Shown here: positions 21,908 through 30,952 of the stretch, in pieces
Layout of the letters: each line of letters begins with the position of its first letter
How positions within the stretch are numbered: position 1 is the first letter of the stretch
Source: an uncultured cyanobacterium
Lineage (GTDB): Bacteria; Cyanobacteriota; Cyanobacteriia; Cyanobacteriales; CAWUOF01
Direction of reading: 5' to 3'
Length of the DNA: 64,000 nucleotides
Assembly: GCA_963744145.1 (NCBI GenBank)
Contig: CAVUSO010000001.1
Location: 3,456,001-3,520,000, forward strand
Notes under the pieces: model-generated
Database searches by the model: none
Seen by the model: the letters and a program-made list of their open reading frames with translations, nothing else
Told to the model about the DNA's origin: nothing
Position numbers and translations under genes: made by a program

Positions 21908-23335
21908 CTACGGTGTACACACAACCATACCTAGAGCGAGTTTCCAGCCATCAAAAAAGGATTGAAATTGGCTTAGTCCGCGCACTAAAGTAGTAATTCC
22001 TGGCGGTTTTTGAGACCGATAGCCAGACCAACCACCCAGTCGAGCAATAATCCAAGTTGCCCAAGGTAAAGAATGAGGTGGATAAGGATTTTGTTGTGCT
22101 AAAGTTGGTCCGGAAACAGTGGGAGCAATCTGGGATAAACATTGCTGTTGTTCATCATTGAATGCGTAGGTTGCAGGTAATTCAGGCTGGTCACGCCCGA
22201 CAATTAACTGCAAAATTCTGACAGCTACCGATAAAGCTAAAACACACAATTTTTGAATAGATTTAATTGACTCTAATTGAGTTGCTTCGAGATCTAAGCC
22301 AACGGATTTGAGGGTAGCAAACAGTTGTTCAATCCGCCAGCGCCATTTGTACCATTCAATTACTTGTAATGCTTGTTCAATACAAACTACTCTATGTGTA
22401 GTGAGTAATCGCCAGTGAATCGGTTGTTGACCTTTTGGTGGATTGACTTCTACAGCTTCCACTGCGTAAAGATTGACACTTTCTGGATAATCTGCGGCAG
22501 ATAAATGCTCAGGACGCTGAATTTGAACGAGGGCACAACGTACTAACATGAATGCTTCTCTCGCTGTTCGTCCAACCCGTGAGTCAGCCTGGACTTCAAT
22601 GGCATAAGTTCCTTCACAATGTTGCTGACTTAAATAGGTATACAGAGACTCAGACTGCTCTTTGAGCCGACGGTTCTGTCCGACTCTAATTAAGAGATGA
22701 TGCTGTTGATTAGGTACTCTGACAAATTCTTCAAATATATCGCTTTCCCGATCGCCTATATGAGTCACCATTTTCACATTAGACCAGCTGAAACAGGTGC
22801 GGGTTTGAGCGGCTGACTTGAGCCATTTATAGGATTCTTTTTCTTCAATCGGTAAGTTTTTATATTTTCTTTCATGCTGATCCTGATGGTCAGGTTCTCT
22901 TGTCCACAATTGCACTGTACTTAATCCAAGTGGGAATCCATTTTCTGCATCTAATACCAGTGTGGGATGAATATAAAATCCGATATCTTGATTGTTTCCT
23001 ACTACTCCAATTCCCTCGGATTTCAATCTCCCTTTGTGAGACTCTAAGTTAATTTCACTACTATCACTTATCGCTAAGACGTGGTGTTTTCCATCTACCT
23101 GTAAGGCGCAATGCTCTCCTAAACTTACGACTAATTCTCCAGTTTTTACATTCTCATTCCCTAAAAATCGGTAATATCCAACTTGCTCGGCTCGATTTTT
23201 ACTGATTTTCCGAATATTTACTGATTGATGTTGTGCCATTGCTGCATACAATGAAGCCCCTCTTTTTCCCAGTCTTGGATCTCCGAATGCTGTTCTCTCA
23301 CATTGTTGCACATGAATTAAAATTGGATTTTCCAC
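21908..23335 (-). CDS. IS50/Tn5-like DDE transposase, apparently intact
   Basis: FGDPRL, EEKESYKWL, GDRESDIFE, WRLLTT, Y..RW.IEQLF..LK, IARLGGW...PG motifs. Confidence 0.93.
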   Translation of the reverse strand: MENPILIHVQQCERTAFGDPRLGKRGASLYAAMAQHQSVNIRKISKNRAEQVGYYRFLGNENVKTGELVVSLGEHCALQVDGKHHVLAISDSSEINLESHKGRLKSEGIGVVGNNQDIGFYIHPTLVLDAENGFPLGLSTVQLWTREPDHQDQHERKYKNLPIEEKESYKWLKSAAQTRTCFSWSNVKMVTHIGDRESDIFEEFVRVPNQQHHLLIRVGQNRRLKEQSESLYTYLSQQHCEGTYAIEVQADSRVGRTAREAFMLVRCALVQIQRPEHLSAADYPESVNLYAVEAVEVNPPKGQQPIHWRLLTTHRVVCIEQALQVIEWYKWRWRIEQLFATLKSVGLDLEATQLESIKSIQKLCVLALSVAVRILQLIVGRDQPELPATYAFNDEQQQCLSQIAPTVSGPTLAQQNPYPPHSLPWATWIIARLGGWSGYRSQKPPGITTLVRGLSQFQSFFDGWKLALGMVVCTP

Positions 23336-23397
23336 TACTTTTTTCTCCTTACTTCCCTTCTCTCCTTACTCTATCTCAACTTGTGTGTACACCGTAG
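21908..23397 (-). mobile_element. IS4-family (IS50/Tn5-like) insertion sequence, 1490 bp
   Basis: 17-bp TIRs CTACGGTGTACACACAA (21908-21924; 23381-23397) and 10-bp TSD CTTAAAAAGG (21898-21907; 23398-23407). An 18-bp TIR with 8-bp TSD is an equivalent reading. Confidence 0.93.
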
Positions 23398-23695
23398 CTT
23401 AAAAAGGGGGGAACCGGATTAATATTTCTTAAAGTCCCCCTTTTTAAGGGGGATTTAGGGGGATTCTGGATCTGTAGCAGTGCTTGGTGAGTCTGGTATT
23501 ATTTATCTCAATCTCTGTGATTAAATCTAGAGCATGATTGAATTCCAACAAAAAACCCCACCATTATGGTGAGGTATTTAATCAGGGTGCATGAGATTGA
23601 GTTAAAAAACCTAAGAGAAAAAGAGTTACTGCAAGTTGATTCTAGCCGTCTAATTGATGTTCGCGCATAATATTGTGATGTGCTTGTGAATAATA

Positions 23696-23950
23696 TTAGT
23701 AGCGGTTAGCTGCTTGACGTTGTGCTTCTATTCTGCGTTGTTCTGCTTGACGTTGTGCTTCTATTCTGCGTTGTTCTGCTTGACGTTGTGCTTCTATTCT
23801 GCGTTGTTCTGCTTGGCGTTCTGCTTGAATGCGTTGTTGAGTATAACTATTATTATTTGGATAGTAGCTATCGGCACGAGCGGGAATTGCAATTCCACCT
23901 AACATTAAACTAACGATTCCGACTAAAGCTAAAGATTTGTTGAGACGCAT
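23696..23950 (-). CDS. Small secreted protein with 11-aa tandem repeats
   Basis: Signal peptide ending PARA; three exact 33-bp repeats (QAEQRRIEAQR); AAGGAAG RBS. Confidence 0.75.
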   Translation of the reverse strand: MRLNKSLALVGIVSLMLGGIAIPARADSYYPNNNSYTQQRIQAERQAEQRRIEAQRQAEQRRIEAQRQAEQRRIEAQRQAANRY

Positions 23951-24412
23951 ATTTTTGACTTCCTTTTTTGCTGGTGTTTTGGTTTGCTGTTTTCTATCTG
24001 TTAACAGCTTATGTCTTTTATTTTCTCAGCAATAGTCTCGAAAGTAATGAGTTGCAGGATGCTGATAGTTACTGTCTCTACCATGACTAATTGCACAGAC
24101 CTGAGCCCAGATTGCCGTAATGCTTTAGTGGGGCGCGATCGCCTGTATATATGTCCTATCTTTGGATGGCCGGATGATGTTGATGGCTATTTAGTGCAGA
24201 GCCTAGTAGTGATTCCTGGTGGTGGCGATCACTAATTGATGTAGGTCAATTGGTAAGAGTGCGATCGCCATAGGGGGAGAGGTCATTCTGGTAGAATAAA
24301 ACAGCTCTGTAAATCTGGTTAGATGTTAATATTTTAATCGATTTAGCTATCCGCTAAACACCTAGACCGTAAATCTGCTAAAATTCCCTTACAATCTACC
24401 ATCGAACAACTC

Positions 24413-24832
24413 ATGTCTGACAACGATCAAAACTCCATTGGGTTAGCTGAATTCATTCAACAGGTTAAACAGGATCTTCTAACCGTAGCACCTGGTAAAG
24501 ATAAGGATGTTCCCATTTTGTTTGTTGAGTCTGTAGAATTAGAGTTACAAGTTACAGCGAAACGGACTGGTAAAGTGGGTACTAAGGGAAGTGTCAAGAT
24601 TAATGTCTTAGGAACTGGAGGTGAGTTTGGTGGTGAAGTTGGTGGTGATATCAGTAATGATCGAGTTCATAAGGTAACCGTGAAATTATCTCCCCTATTC
24701 GATCAATCTCGTTTACAAGAATTTTATGAGACCTTACATTCTGATCAGATTCCTACAGCTATTCGGAATAGTTTAACTGCATTATTCAAAGGTAATGAAG
24801 AAGGGAACTTAATCGAAGAACTGGGTGAGTAA
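24413..24832 (+). CDS. Trypco2-like (trypsin co-occurring) domain protein
   Basis: IGLAEFIQQVKQDL...LFVESVELELQVT...G.VKINVLG.G.E.GG...HKVTVKLSP pattern. Confidence 0.75.
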   Translation: MSDNDQNSIGLAEFIQQVKQDLLTVAPGKDKDVPILFVESVELELQVTAKRTGKVGTKGSVKINVLGTGGEFGGEVGGDISNDRVHKVTVKLSPLFDQSRLQEFYETLHSDQIPTAIRNSLTALFKGNEEGNLIEELGE

Positions 24833-24855
24833 TTTTCTAGCAAAAGAGGTAATCA

Positions 24856-26313
24856 ATGGAAACCTTGAAATTAATGTTCTATCCCATAGAAAATAGTCAA
24901 GACCGTTTTAAAGTAATTGCGGAAGGAGCAGCTCATCAAGAACCATTGTTACCTTTTCCAGAAAATGAGATCAATCCCCGCTCCACTCTAGTCAGAATCT
25001 TAGACTCAATCAAGTTTAATCGCAACAATTTTTCGGAAGCAGAAATAGCTTGGATGGTGAGGGAAAAACTCAGCAATAATGATGCTTTTCTCCCAGACTA
25101 TTTACAGCAAATTGGGAGTAAACTTTATGCAACATTAGGTCAAAATATCCAGCAAATAGTGGAAACTAAAATAGCTGTGACTAAACGCGATCGCAATTGG
25201 TTACATATTCAGTTAGAATTTCCAGTAGATGATCATAAATATGTCCATTTAACTGATTATCCTTGGGAATTATTCTGTAATAATTATGGATTTCTCGCTC
25301 ATCAAGGTGTAGCTTTTTCCCGTTATCTTGCTTATCCTCGTCTTTGTCCAAATTTACCTAGTCATGATCGTGTTGAGGTTTTATTGATTTCTGCTAAAGT
25401 TGGTGATCAAAGGATGGGATTTCCACCCTTATCTAGTTCAGAACAAGAAGCGATCGCATTAGGATTACAAAATGCTCAAGAATCAATTCAATTGAAAACT
25501 TTAGCTAATCCAACTTTTCTAGCACTACGTCAGCATTTATTAGCAAATCCACTTCCCCAAGTTTTGCACTTTGATTGTCATGGTTTTTTTGGAAAACGCT
25601 GTCATCAACAGGAATGTAGAACAGCTCACAAACAAAAGGCAAATCAGTGTGAAAAATGTGGTACTCTTTTAGGAGAACCTCAAGGTTATTTGTTACTAGA
25701 GAATAGTCATGGAGCTGCTGATTATATAAGTGCTAAGGAAATCGGAGAGTTAGTAGGTAATCAACCCATTGGATTAGTAGTGTTAAGTAGTTGTCGTAGT
25801 GGAATGTCCCGATTGAGTGAGTCGGTCTTTAATGGAGTAGCACAAAATTTAATTGGTCAAGGGATTCCCGCAGTAGTAGCAATGACATATACTATTGAAG
25901 TATCTGCTGCTCAAGCTTTTGTGGAGACTTTTTATCGATCACTAGGAAAAAAAGATCCACTTGCGATCGCTTTACGTCATGGACAAAGTGCAATGGGGAT
26001 TGAAGGAAATCAGTGGTATCGTCCGATTTTATATCTGAGATGGGAGGATAATCAAGGGGGACAGTTATTTAATTTACCTATAGCTGAACCAGTTAGAGAT
26101 AGAATTGCATCCGATCGGAGTAAATTATCAAATATGAATCAATCAGCAAGTCGAAAACTTGATCTTGAAGAAGAACTGACAGATTTGTTAGAAGAAAAAG
26201 AAGCTTGTAAAAATCAAATTCGTTCCACTATAGATGATGCTCAAAAGACAGTATTGAAAAGGAAACTGGACAAATTAAATCGACAAATAGCTGAACTAGA
26301 AAGCCAATTATAA
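24856..26313 (+). CDS. CHAT (caspase-like) protease with Zn-ribbon insert and C-terminal effector-associated (EAD9-like) coiled coil
   Basis: YPWELF, VLHFDCHG (catalytic His), VVLSSCRS (catalytic Cys), GIPAVVAM, FYRSL, WYRPILY. Confidence 0.88.
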   Translation: METLKLMFYPIENSQDRFKVIAEGAAHQEPLLPFPENEINPRSTLVRILDSIKFNRNNFSEAEIAWMVREKLSNNDAFLPDYLQQIGSKLYATLGQNIQQIVETKIAVTKRDRNWLHIQLEFPVDDHKYVHLTDYPWELFCNNYGFLAHQGVAFSRYLAYPRLCPNLPSHDRVEVLLISAKVGDQRMGFPPLSSSEQEAIALGLQNAQESIQLKTLANPTFLALRQHLLANPLPQVLHFDCHGFFGKRCHQQECRTAHKQKANQCEKCGTLLGEPQGYLLLENSHGAADYISAKEIGELVGNQPIGLVVLSSCRSGMSRLSESVFNGVAQNLIGQGIPAVVAMTYTIEVSAAQAFVETFYRSLGKKDPLAIALRHGQSAMGIEGNQWYRPILYLRWEDNQGGQLFNLPIAEPVRDRIASDRSKLSNMNQSASRKLDLEEELTDLLEEKEACKNQIRSTIDDAQKTVLKRKLDKLNRQIAELESQL

Positions 26314-26339
26314 TTTTTAACCTGGGAAATTTGAGAGAT

Positions 26340-27344
26340 ATGGTAATTAACACTAACAATAAATACCTAGAATTAACATTGACAGATTTATTAGAGGAGG
26401 AAACTCAACTTTTAGCAAAAAAAGACACTTGTAAAAATCAAATTCGTGGCACTATTGATGATGCTCAGAAAATGGTTTTATCAAGAAATCTAGATAATTT
26501 GAATAAACAAATAGGAGAAATCCAAAAGCAAATAGAGGAAGTAAATAGTCAGCTTCACAAAAATGATATTAGCGGGGATGTTAATCGTCGTTTTCTTGCT
26601 TTAGAAGAAAAATTACCTAAAATTGACTTTAAAGAACCACTAAAGATAGTGCAAAATATTTTGAAGGACTTCGATGAATATGGAGCAGCTTTTTTTCTGG
26701 TTAATGATAGCTTAAGTATGGCTGGAGATTTATTTATTTTAGAGCTTAAAGATTTACTCAAACGTGAAACCACCGATTTAAAACATTATGAAATAGAATT
26801 TTCAGTAAGCGATCGGTTAGATGAGATTGGATTCTTGCAAGGAATAGCTAATTATTTAGGAATGGGACAAATAGAAACTCAAGCAAATGATGTCAATGTG
26901 ATTGACAAGATTATTGATTCTTTAGAAAATGGTACTATAGTTTTTGTGGAAACTAGAAAAGTTGATTTAATTAATGATAAAGGAGGGTTTTTATCTTGGC
27001 TCATTGAGGTTTTTTGGAAAAAAGTAGTTGAACAAATACCTTTAGTTTGTAAAGCAAAAGATATTGAACAAGTCAGATTTATTAATATTATCTTATCAGA
27101 TTGTGACCTAGAAGAAGAATGTTCAATCTTACCTTTTTTCTGTGAGGAAAATGACTTTGATATGTGTAAAGCTGTAAAAATTACTCTTCCAGACTGGAGC
27201 GAGCAAGAAATTAAAACTTGGTTAATCAAACATTCAGGATTATCTAAAGATAAAATCGAGCCAATGAGTAAGAGTATTTATAAATCAAGTCGTGGAGGTA
27301 TTCCTAAATTGATTTGTGAAGCTCTAAAAAATAAATTAAAGTAG
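26340..27344 (+). CDS. Inactive STAND (iSTAND)-like protein with N-terminal EAD9-like adaptor
   Basis: N-terminus repeats the CHAT tail; then LPKIDF, FW..., LPDWSEQEIKTWL, S.GGIP.LI with no Walker A; lies upstream of MoxR. ATG at 26340 (TTG at 26331 possible). Confidence 0.7.
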   Translation: MVINTNNKYLELTLTDLLEEETQLLAKKDTCKNQIRGTIDDAQKMVLSRNLDNLNKQIGEIQKQIEEVNSQLHKNDISGDVNRRFLALEEKLPKIDFKEPLKIVQNILKDFDEYGAAFFLVNDSLSMAGDLFILELKDLLKRETTDLKHYEIEFSVSDRLDEIGFLQGIANYLGMGQIETQANDVNVIDKIIDSLENGTIVFVETRKVDLINDKGGFLSWLIEVFWKKVVEQIPLVCKAKDIEQVRFINIILSDCDLEEECSILPFFCEENDFDMCKAVKITLPDWSEQEIKTWLIKHSGLSKDKIEPMSKSIYKSSRGGIPKLICEALKNKLK

Positions 27345-27415
27345 TTTTTTTGAGAATATATGAATATCAGATTTATATAATTACTTGAGAAAGTGATAAC
27401 TTACCTGATATAATC

Positions 27416-27705
27416 CAATCCAGTTCAGTTAACCGTAGGGGCAAAGCATTTCGGCGAATAAATCATTACTGAAGCGAAGGATAATATTACCGAAATGCTT
27501 TGCCCTCAATCTATGCAGCCAACCGATCAACTATATATTAAAATACATTCAGTTACCATCATTTTTTGGGAGAACTCGGCGCAGAAAAAAGAAGGGCGAA
27601 GCATTCGGATATAATATTGCTGCCCTTCGGCTACGCTCAGGGTAAACTTTGATTGCTAAATTGTCGCCCGAATGCTTCGCCCCTACATTTAACTGAACTG
27701 TATTG
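27416..27705. mobile_element. MITE (290 bp) with IS4-like ends carrying two REP-like hairpin pairs
   Basis: Ends CAATCCAGTTCAGTTAA / TTAACTGAACTGTATTG; flanks TGATATAATC / TGATATGAGC (8/10); internal GGGCAAAGCATTTCGG...CCGAAATGCTTTGCCC and GGGCGAAGCATTCGG...CCGAATGCTTCGCCC. Confidence 0.7.
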
Positions 27706-27744
27706 TGATATGAGCTATTCAAGATTACTAGAGGAAAATCATTT

Positions 27745-28722
27745 ATGTCCACTCCGGAAAGATTAGAATTTACGGGAAATCTAGAAAAACGACCCAAAGA
27801 ACCACATCGGGATTCTCCTAGTACACCAGAACCCTATATAGTTGATCCAGAACTTCAGAAAGCTGTAAATTTAGCTATCTATCTCCGTAGACCTTTACTA
27901 TTAGAAGGAGATCCAGGATGTGGTAAAACTCGTCTTGCTTCAGCAGTTGCTTATGAATTGGGACTTCCTCTCTATCGGTGGGATGTGCGATCGACTACTA
28001 AAGCTCAAGATGGACTTTATGAATATGATGCAATTCTCCGTTTACATGATGTTCAAATTCAGAAAATACCATCTGTTGATAAAATAGAAATTGAAGAAGA
28101 TGGTGAAATAGTTAATCGCAATCCCGCTAATCCTAAACATTATCGTCGATTCGGACCGTTAGGAAAAGCTTTTCGACTCCAGGATTGTCCAGGGATTGTT
28201 TTAATTGATGAAATTGATAAAGCTGATTTAGATTTCCCTAATGATTTGTTAACCGTTTTAGATGCTCCTTGGGAATTCAAAATTAAAGAAACAGGAGAAT
28301 TAATTAAAGCTACTACTACTCCAATTGATTGTAGACCGATTGTTTTTATTACCAGTAATAAGGAAAAAGGGAATTTGCCGATCGCCTTTCTCCGACGTTG
28401 TTTATATTATTATGTAGAATTTCCCAATGATTTGGAAAAGTTACAGGAAATAGTTGAAAAACATTATGAAATTGCTGAAATATCACCTCCACCAAATAAT
28501 TTAGTTGTTACTGCGATTAACCGCTTTTTAAATATCTGGAATGAAGGTGGACTATTTAAAAGACCTGGAACCAGTGAATTTCTGGATTGGTTAAAAGCAC
28601 TCCATACCTTTGAACCAAATCCTTATGATGCAGAACAATTAATAGCAGAACAATTACTTCCCTATCGAGAATTATTATTTAAGATCCAAGCAGATTGGAA
28701 AAAATATGCCAAGGTTTTATGA
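27745..28722 (+). CDS. MoxR family AAA+ ATPase
   Basis: RPLLLEGDPGCGKT (Walker A), GLYEYDAI.RL.D, VLIDEIDKAD.DFPNDLL (Walker B), AFLRRC, KRPGTSEFLDW. Confidence 0.93.
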   Translation: MSTPERLEFTGNLEKRPKEPHRDSPSTPEPYIVDPELQKAVNLAIYLRRPLLLEGDPGCGKTRLASAVAYELGLPLYRWDVRSTTKAQDGLYEYDAILRLHDVQIQKIPSVDKIEIEEDGEIVNRNPANPKHYRRFGPLGKAFRLQDCPGIVLIDEIDKADLDFPNDLLTVLDAPWEFKIKETGELIKATTTPIDCRPIVFITSNKEKGNLPIAFLRRCLYYYVEFPNDLEKLQEIVEKHYEIAEISPPPNNLVVTAINRFLNIWNEGGLFKRPGTSEFLDWLKALHTFEPNPYDAEQLIAEQLLPYRELLFKIQADWKKYAKVL

Positions 28723-29783
28723 ATTCCTTTAACTCCTACGAATTAATTACTCAAACTTTTGTGAATTTGCGCCAAAGTGGATTTAAACTAGGTGTAGAGG
28801 AACTTTTAGCAGCAAGAGCAGCAATTAAAGGAGGATTTGGTGATACTCCAGAAACATTAGCAGAAACATTAAAAATTTTATGGTGTCATTCTCTAGCAGA
28901 CCAAAGTCGGTTTGATCCGATTTTCAAATCTTTATCCGATCGCATAACTAAACCATCTGAAGAATCTTCATTACCAGAATCTCCCATTTCCTCTGATCGA
29001 GAGATAGTACCTGAACACCAAGAAGTATTATATCCCAAACCTTGGCAAGAAACGGTAACAGAAATACAACCCCAACCAGCATTAGCATCTTTAGCAGTTC
29101 GAGCACCTTCAATCCAGAAAGCAGATCAAGAAAAATTTCCCTTTGAAACCTATTATCCCATTACTCGCCGGAAAATGGCTTATCAATGGCGATATCTACG
29201 ATGTCCTATTGCTAATGGACTGCTAGATCTATTAGATATCGATGGGACAATAGAGCAAACTGCTCACCAGGGATTTTACTTAGCTCCTAATTATCAGAGA
29301 CGGGAACAAAACCATGTCCATTTATTAATGTTAGTAGATCAAAATGGTTCGATGACTCCTTTTCACCGCTTCAGTCGTGATTTAGTGGAAACTGCTAGTA
29401 ATGAAGGAGGTTTAAATCCGGAAAAAGTGGATGTTTTTTATTTTCAAAATATCCTTTCAGCTACTCTTTATCAAGATATTTACCTCACCGAACCAATCAA
29501 ACTTAAAACTGTGTTAAATAGCTGCGATCGGCAAACCAGTATTTTAATCGTTAGTGATGCAGGTGCAGCAAGAGGTTATCGTAAACTAGACCGAATTCGA
29601 GCAACTAATAGCTTTCTATTTCAACTAAAACAACATACAAAACTAATTGCTTGGTTAAATCCGATGCCCAAATCCCGCTGGATGGGCAGTTCAGCAGAAA
29701 TTATTGCTAATCTAGTACCGATGTCAGCAATGGATGAAGATGGTTTAAGTAATGCAATTGATATGATTCGGGGAGTTAAATAA
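28719..29783 (+). CDS. vWA (CoxE-like) domain protein, MoxR partner
   Basis: ATGA overlap with the moxR stop; LMLVDQNGSMTPF (MIDAS), IVSDAGAARG, WLNPMP..RW..S.A. Confidence 0.88.
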   Translation: MNSFNSYELITQTFVNLRQSGFKLGVEELLAARAAIKGGFGDTPETLAETLKILWCHSLADQSRFDPIFKSLSDRITKPSEESSLPESPISSDREIVPEHQEVLYPKPWQETVTEIQPQPALASLAVRAPSIQKADQEKFPFETYYPITRRKMAYQWRYLRCPIANGLLDLLDIDGTIEQTAHQGFYLAPNYQRREQNHVHLLMLVDQNGSMTPFHRFSRDLVETASNEGGLNPEKVDVFYFQNILSATLYQDIYLTEPIKLKTVLNSCDRQTSILIVSDAGAARGYRKLDRIRATNSFLFQLKQHTKLIAWLNPMPKSRWMGSSAEIIANLVPMSAMDEDGLSNAIDMIRGVK

Positions 29784-30843
29784 ATAGCGATCGGATTACT
29801 TGTTTAATTTCTTCCAGTTTACTAGCTACTTGTCCATTAGTTAACATAGTTTTGGCTTGAGTGAAACCAGAAGGAAGGTCAGCACAAACACCACAACACC
29901 ATAGATAAAACCCAGCATTCCAAATAGTTGCTGCTTGTAGTTCACCAGATTTACCTTGTAACACTGTCTGGATCTGTTCTACTAACTGATTAGTAGGCTC
30001 TAATGCTACTTCTTTACCATCAAAACCATATTCATGAGGATGAAGTAATAATCTTTCAAAGGTAATGTTTGCATCAGCATTTATTTCACCCATCCCAATA
30101 ATCGCAGTCCGATCGCGTGGTAAGTCACAACTTCCTTCTAATCCTTTGACAGTAGTAAAACGTTGGGGTTTTCCCCGCAGAGCAAAAGCTACTCGAAATA
30201 GATCTTCGGTTGGTGGATGGACAAAACCAGACACTAGATGAGCATTACCTGTATAAGGACACCAAATTAACTCTAAGGTTGATAGGGGTGGACGTTTACC
30301 AATTTGGGACCGATAAGGGACTAATCTATCAGCATCAGGAAAATGTTGGGGTAGATAGATAAACCCCAGCTTAGTTGTTTGGAAAACTTGCTGAACTTGT
30401 GCTAAAGATAAACCTCCCCAGCTAATTCCTAATCCTTGCCAAATTTCCATGAAGGGTATACCTTCTTTAGTAGGCATCCGATCGCCACCGTGCATAATGA
30501 CCGAATGTCCTGCTGCGGTTAGGATTAATGCAGTTAAGGGTGTAATTGGAGCTGTGCGCGATCGCCCATCATAGGGACAACTAAAAACTGTGACTGGTGA
30601 GGGAGGATCAAGAGGTGTTAATTTTTGCCCCAATTCCTCATAAGCATCTAACATTCCAGCTAATTCAGCCCCAGTCGGTCTTTTCATCCGGTGAGCAATC
30701 AGAAAAGCGCCAATTTGTGCTGGTGTTGCTTCTTGTCGCAACATCATTTTTGTAGCTTCATTTGCTTCTGCACGAGTTAAATCTGTACCTGTATGCGGAC
30801 CACTACCTATTTTCCGCAATAATTCCCGGAATTCATTACTCAT
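29776..30843 (-). CDS. cnaT: Anthranilate phosphoribosyltransferase-like protein CnaT (TrpD2/YbiB family)
   Basis: GSG.HT..DLTR, PAQIGAFLIAHR.KRP, PYDGRSRT, GFVHPPTE, KGLEGS; directly downstream of ntcB as in other cyanobacteria. Confidence 0.8.
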   Translation of the reverse strand: MSNEFRELLRKIGSGPHTGTDLTRAEANEATKMMLRQEATPAQIGAFLIAHRMKRPTGAELAGMLDAYEELGQKLTPLDPPSPVTVFSCPYDGRSRTAPITPLTALILTAAGHSVIMHGGDRMPTKEGIPFMEIWQGLGISWGGLSLAQVQQVFQTTKLGFIYLPQHFPDADRLVPYRSQIGKRPPLSTLELIWCPYTGNAHLVSGFVHPPTEDLFRVAFALRGKPQRFTTVKGLEGSCDLPRDRTAIIGMGEINADANITFERLLLHPHEYGFDGKEVALEPTNQLVEQIQTVLQGKSGELQAATIWNAGFYLWCCGVCADLPSGFTQAKTMLTNGQVASKLEEIKQVIRSLFI

Positions 30844-30952
30844 CGTTGTGGCTCCACAGCAATTCTAAAAAATGATGATTTGGTTCGTAGTAAGCGCAAA
30901 GAGCGCACTAAAACGCTTACTACAAGATAGTTATTTAATTTTTATCCCTTAG

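Larger units (their letters stand above)
21881..23465. repeat. Cyanobacterial double-hairpin dispersed repeat split by the IS at 21908-23397
   Basis: Rejoined flanks give AATCCCCCCTAACCCCCCTTAAAAAGGGGGG...CCCCCTTTTTAAGGGGGATTTAGGGGGATT; a related half element lies at about 35240-35277. Confidence 0.75.

Noticed and set aside
23710..23826. 33-bp tandem repeats as a CRISPR array
   Set aside because: No spacers; the repeats are in-frame coding units of a secreted peptide.
27549..27797. ORFs 27549-27797, 52597-52794 and 4758-4952
   Set aside because: They run through REP/MITE palindromes and show no protein-like features.
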